Origin: a virus
Virus record (IMG/VR): IMGVR_UViG_3300029135_000007
Coordinates: 1-57,937 of that record
DNA: 57,937 nt
Reading direction: 5' to 3' (one strand)
The translations under genes and the position numbers were made by a program. This document shows positions 57,839 to 57,937 of this stretch, one piece after another. The notes under the pieces were generated by a model. It was given only the letters and a program-made list of their open reading frames with translations, did no database searches and had not been told where the DNA came from. Each line of letters begins with the position of its first letter. Within the stretch, counting starts at the first letter, position 1.

Positions 57839-57937
57839 CTGCCAAGACCACGCACGGCGACAGAGACGGCTTCAAAGCCAAGAACTGCAAGGCCAGCAAC
57901 GGGATGCCCGCTAATAGTCAAACCGATTCCGATAAGC
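57839..57937. repeat. terminal overlap, copy 2 (identical to 1-99)
   Basis: Read directly. Confidence 0.97.

Overview
The window is a complete, circularly closed temperate siphovirus-type phage genome with a unique length of 57,838 bp. Bases 1-99 recur exactly at 57839-57937, and the tape-measure ORF reads in frame through that junction. The phage also carries a plasmid-style maintenance kit: an origin with a DnaA box and iterons, a Rep_3-like initiator, ParA, an RHH protein and a small serine recombinase. No integrase is present, so the best reading is a phage-plasmid. A Firmicutes/Clostridia-like host is only an inference from the strong AGGAGG ribosome-binding sites and the protein families. 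Most genes lie on the minus strand. They comprise a head, neck and tail module (TerL 10154-11821, portal, scaffold, gpE-like capsid, G/GT chaperones with an A_AAA_AAC slippery site, tape measure, tail and fibre genes), a high-GC tail-fibre and lysis block (47.7-52.2 kb), and an early region. The early region holds SSB, ERF, RecU-like, DnaB-like and replication-organizer genes, a TerS-like gene, PAPS-reductase-like, Lar-like and NPPF-methylase genes, an m5C methylase, two BRO antirepressors, a CI/Cro-like switch and six DUF551-like paralogs. The observations most worth follow-up are listed here.
(1) The m5C methyltransferase locus has circularly permuted motif order (IV-VI-VIII...IX-X-I-II). 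It is split into two ORFs that overlap for 434 nt with both frames open, and the upstream ORF ends next to G6-T-G7 homopolymers.
(2) A 1.2-kb ORF-free region holds 13 same-strand TAGTCG-core motifs, next to a G-tract cluster and GC-rich non-coding blocks that flank a plus-strand small-gene cassette.
(3) A 320-bp intergenic array holds 16 same-strand TTGC motifs and shares TTGCAT with repeats inside the replication-organizer gene.
(4) The tail fibre has a C-type-lectin-like C-terminus that looks like a DGR variable region with a GC hairpin abutting the stop codon, but no reverse transcriptase or template repeat is present.
(5) A tRNA-Ile(UAU), a tRNA-like element and about 420 nt of structured non-coding sequence lie between terL and the portal gene.
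(6) A roughly 230-nt promoter-to-terminator unit has no ORF (candidate ncRNA).
(7) A convergent small-peptide / small-transcript pair resembles a type I toxin-antitoxin locus.
All functional calls come from motif reading by eye; no database search was possible.
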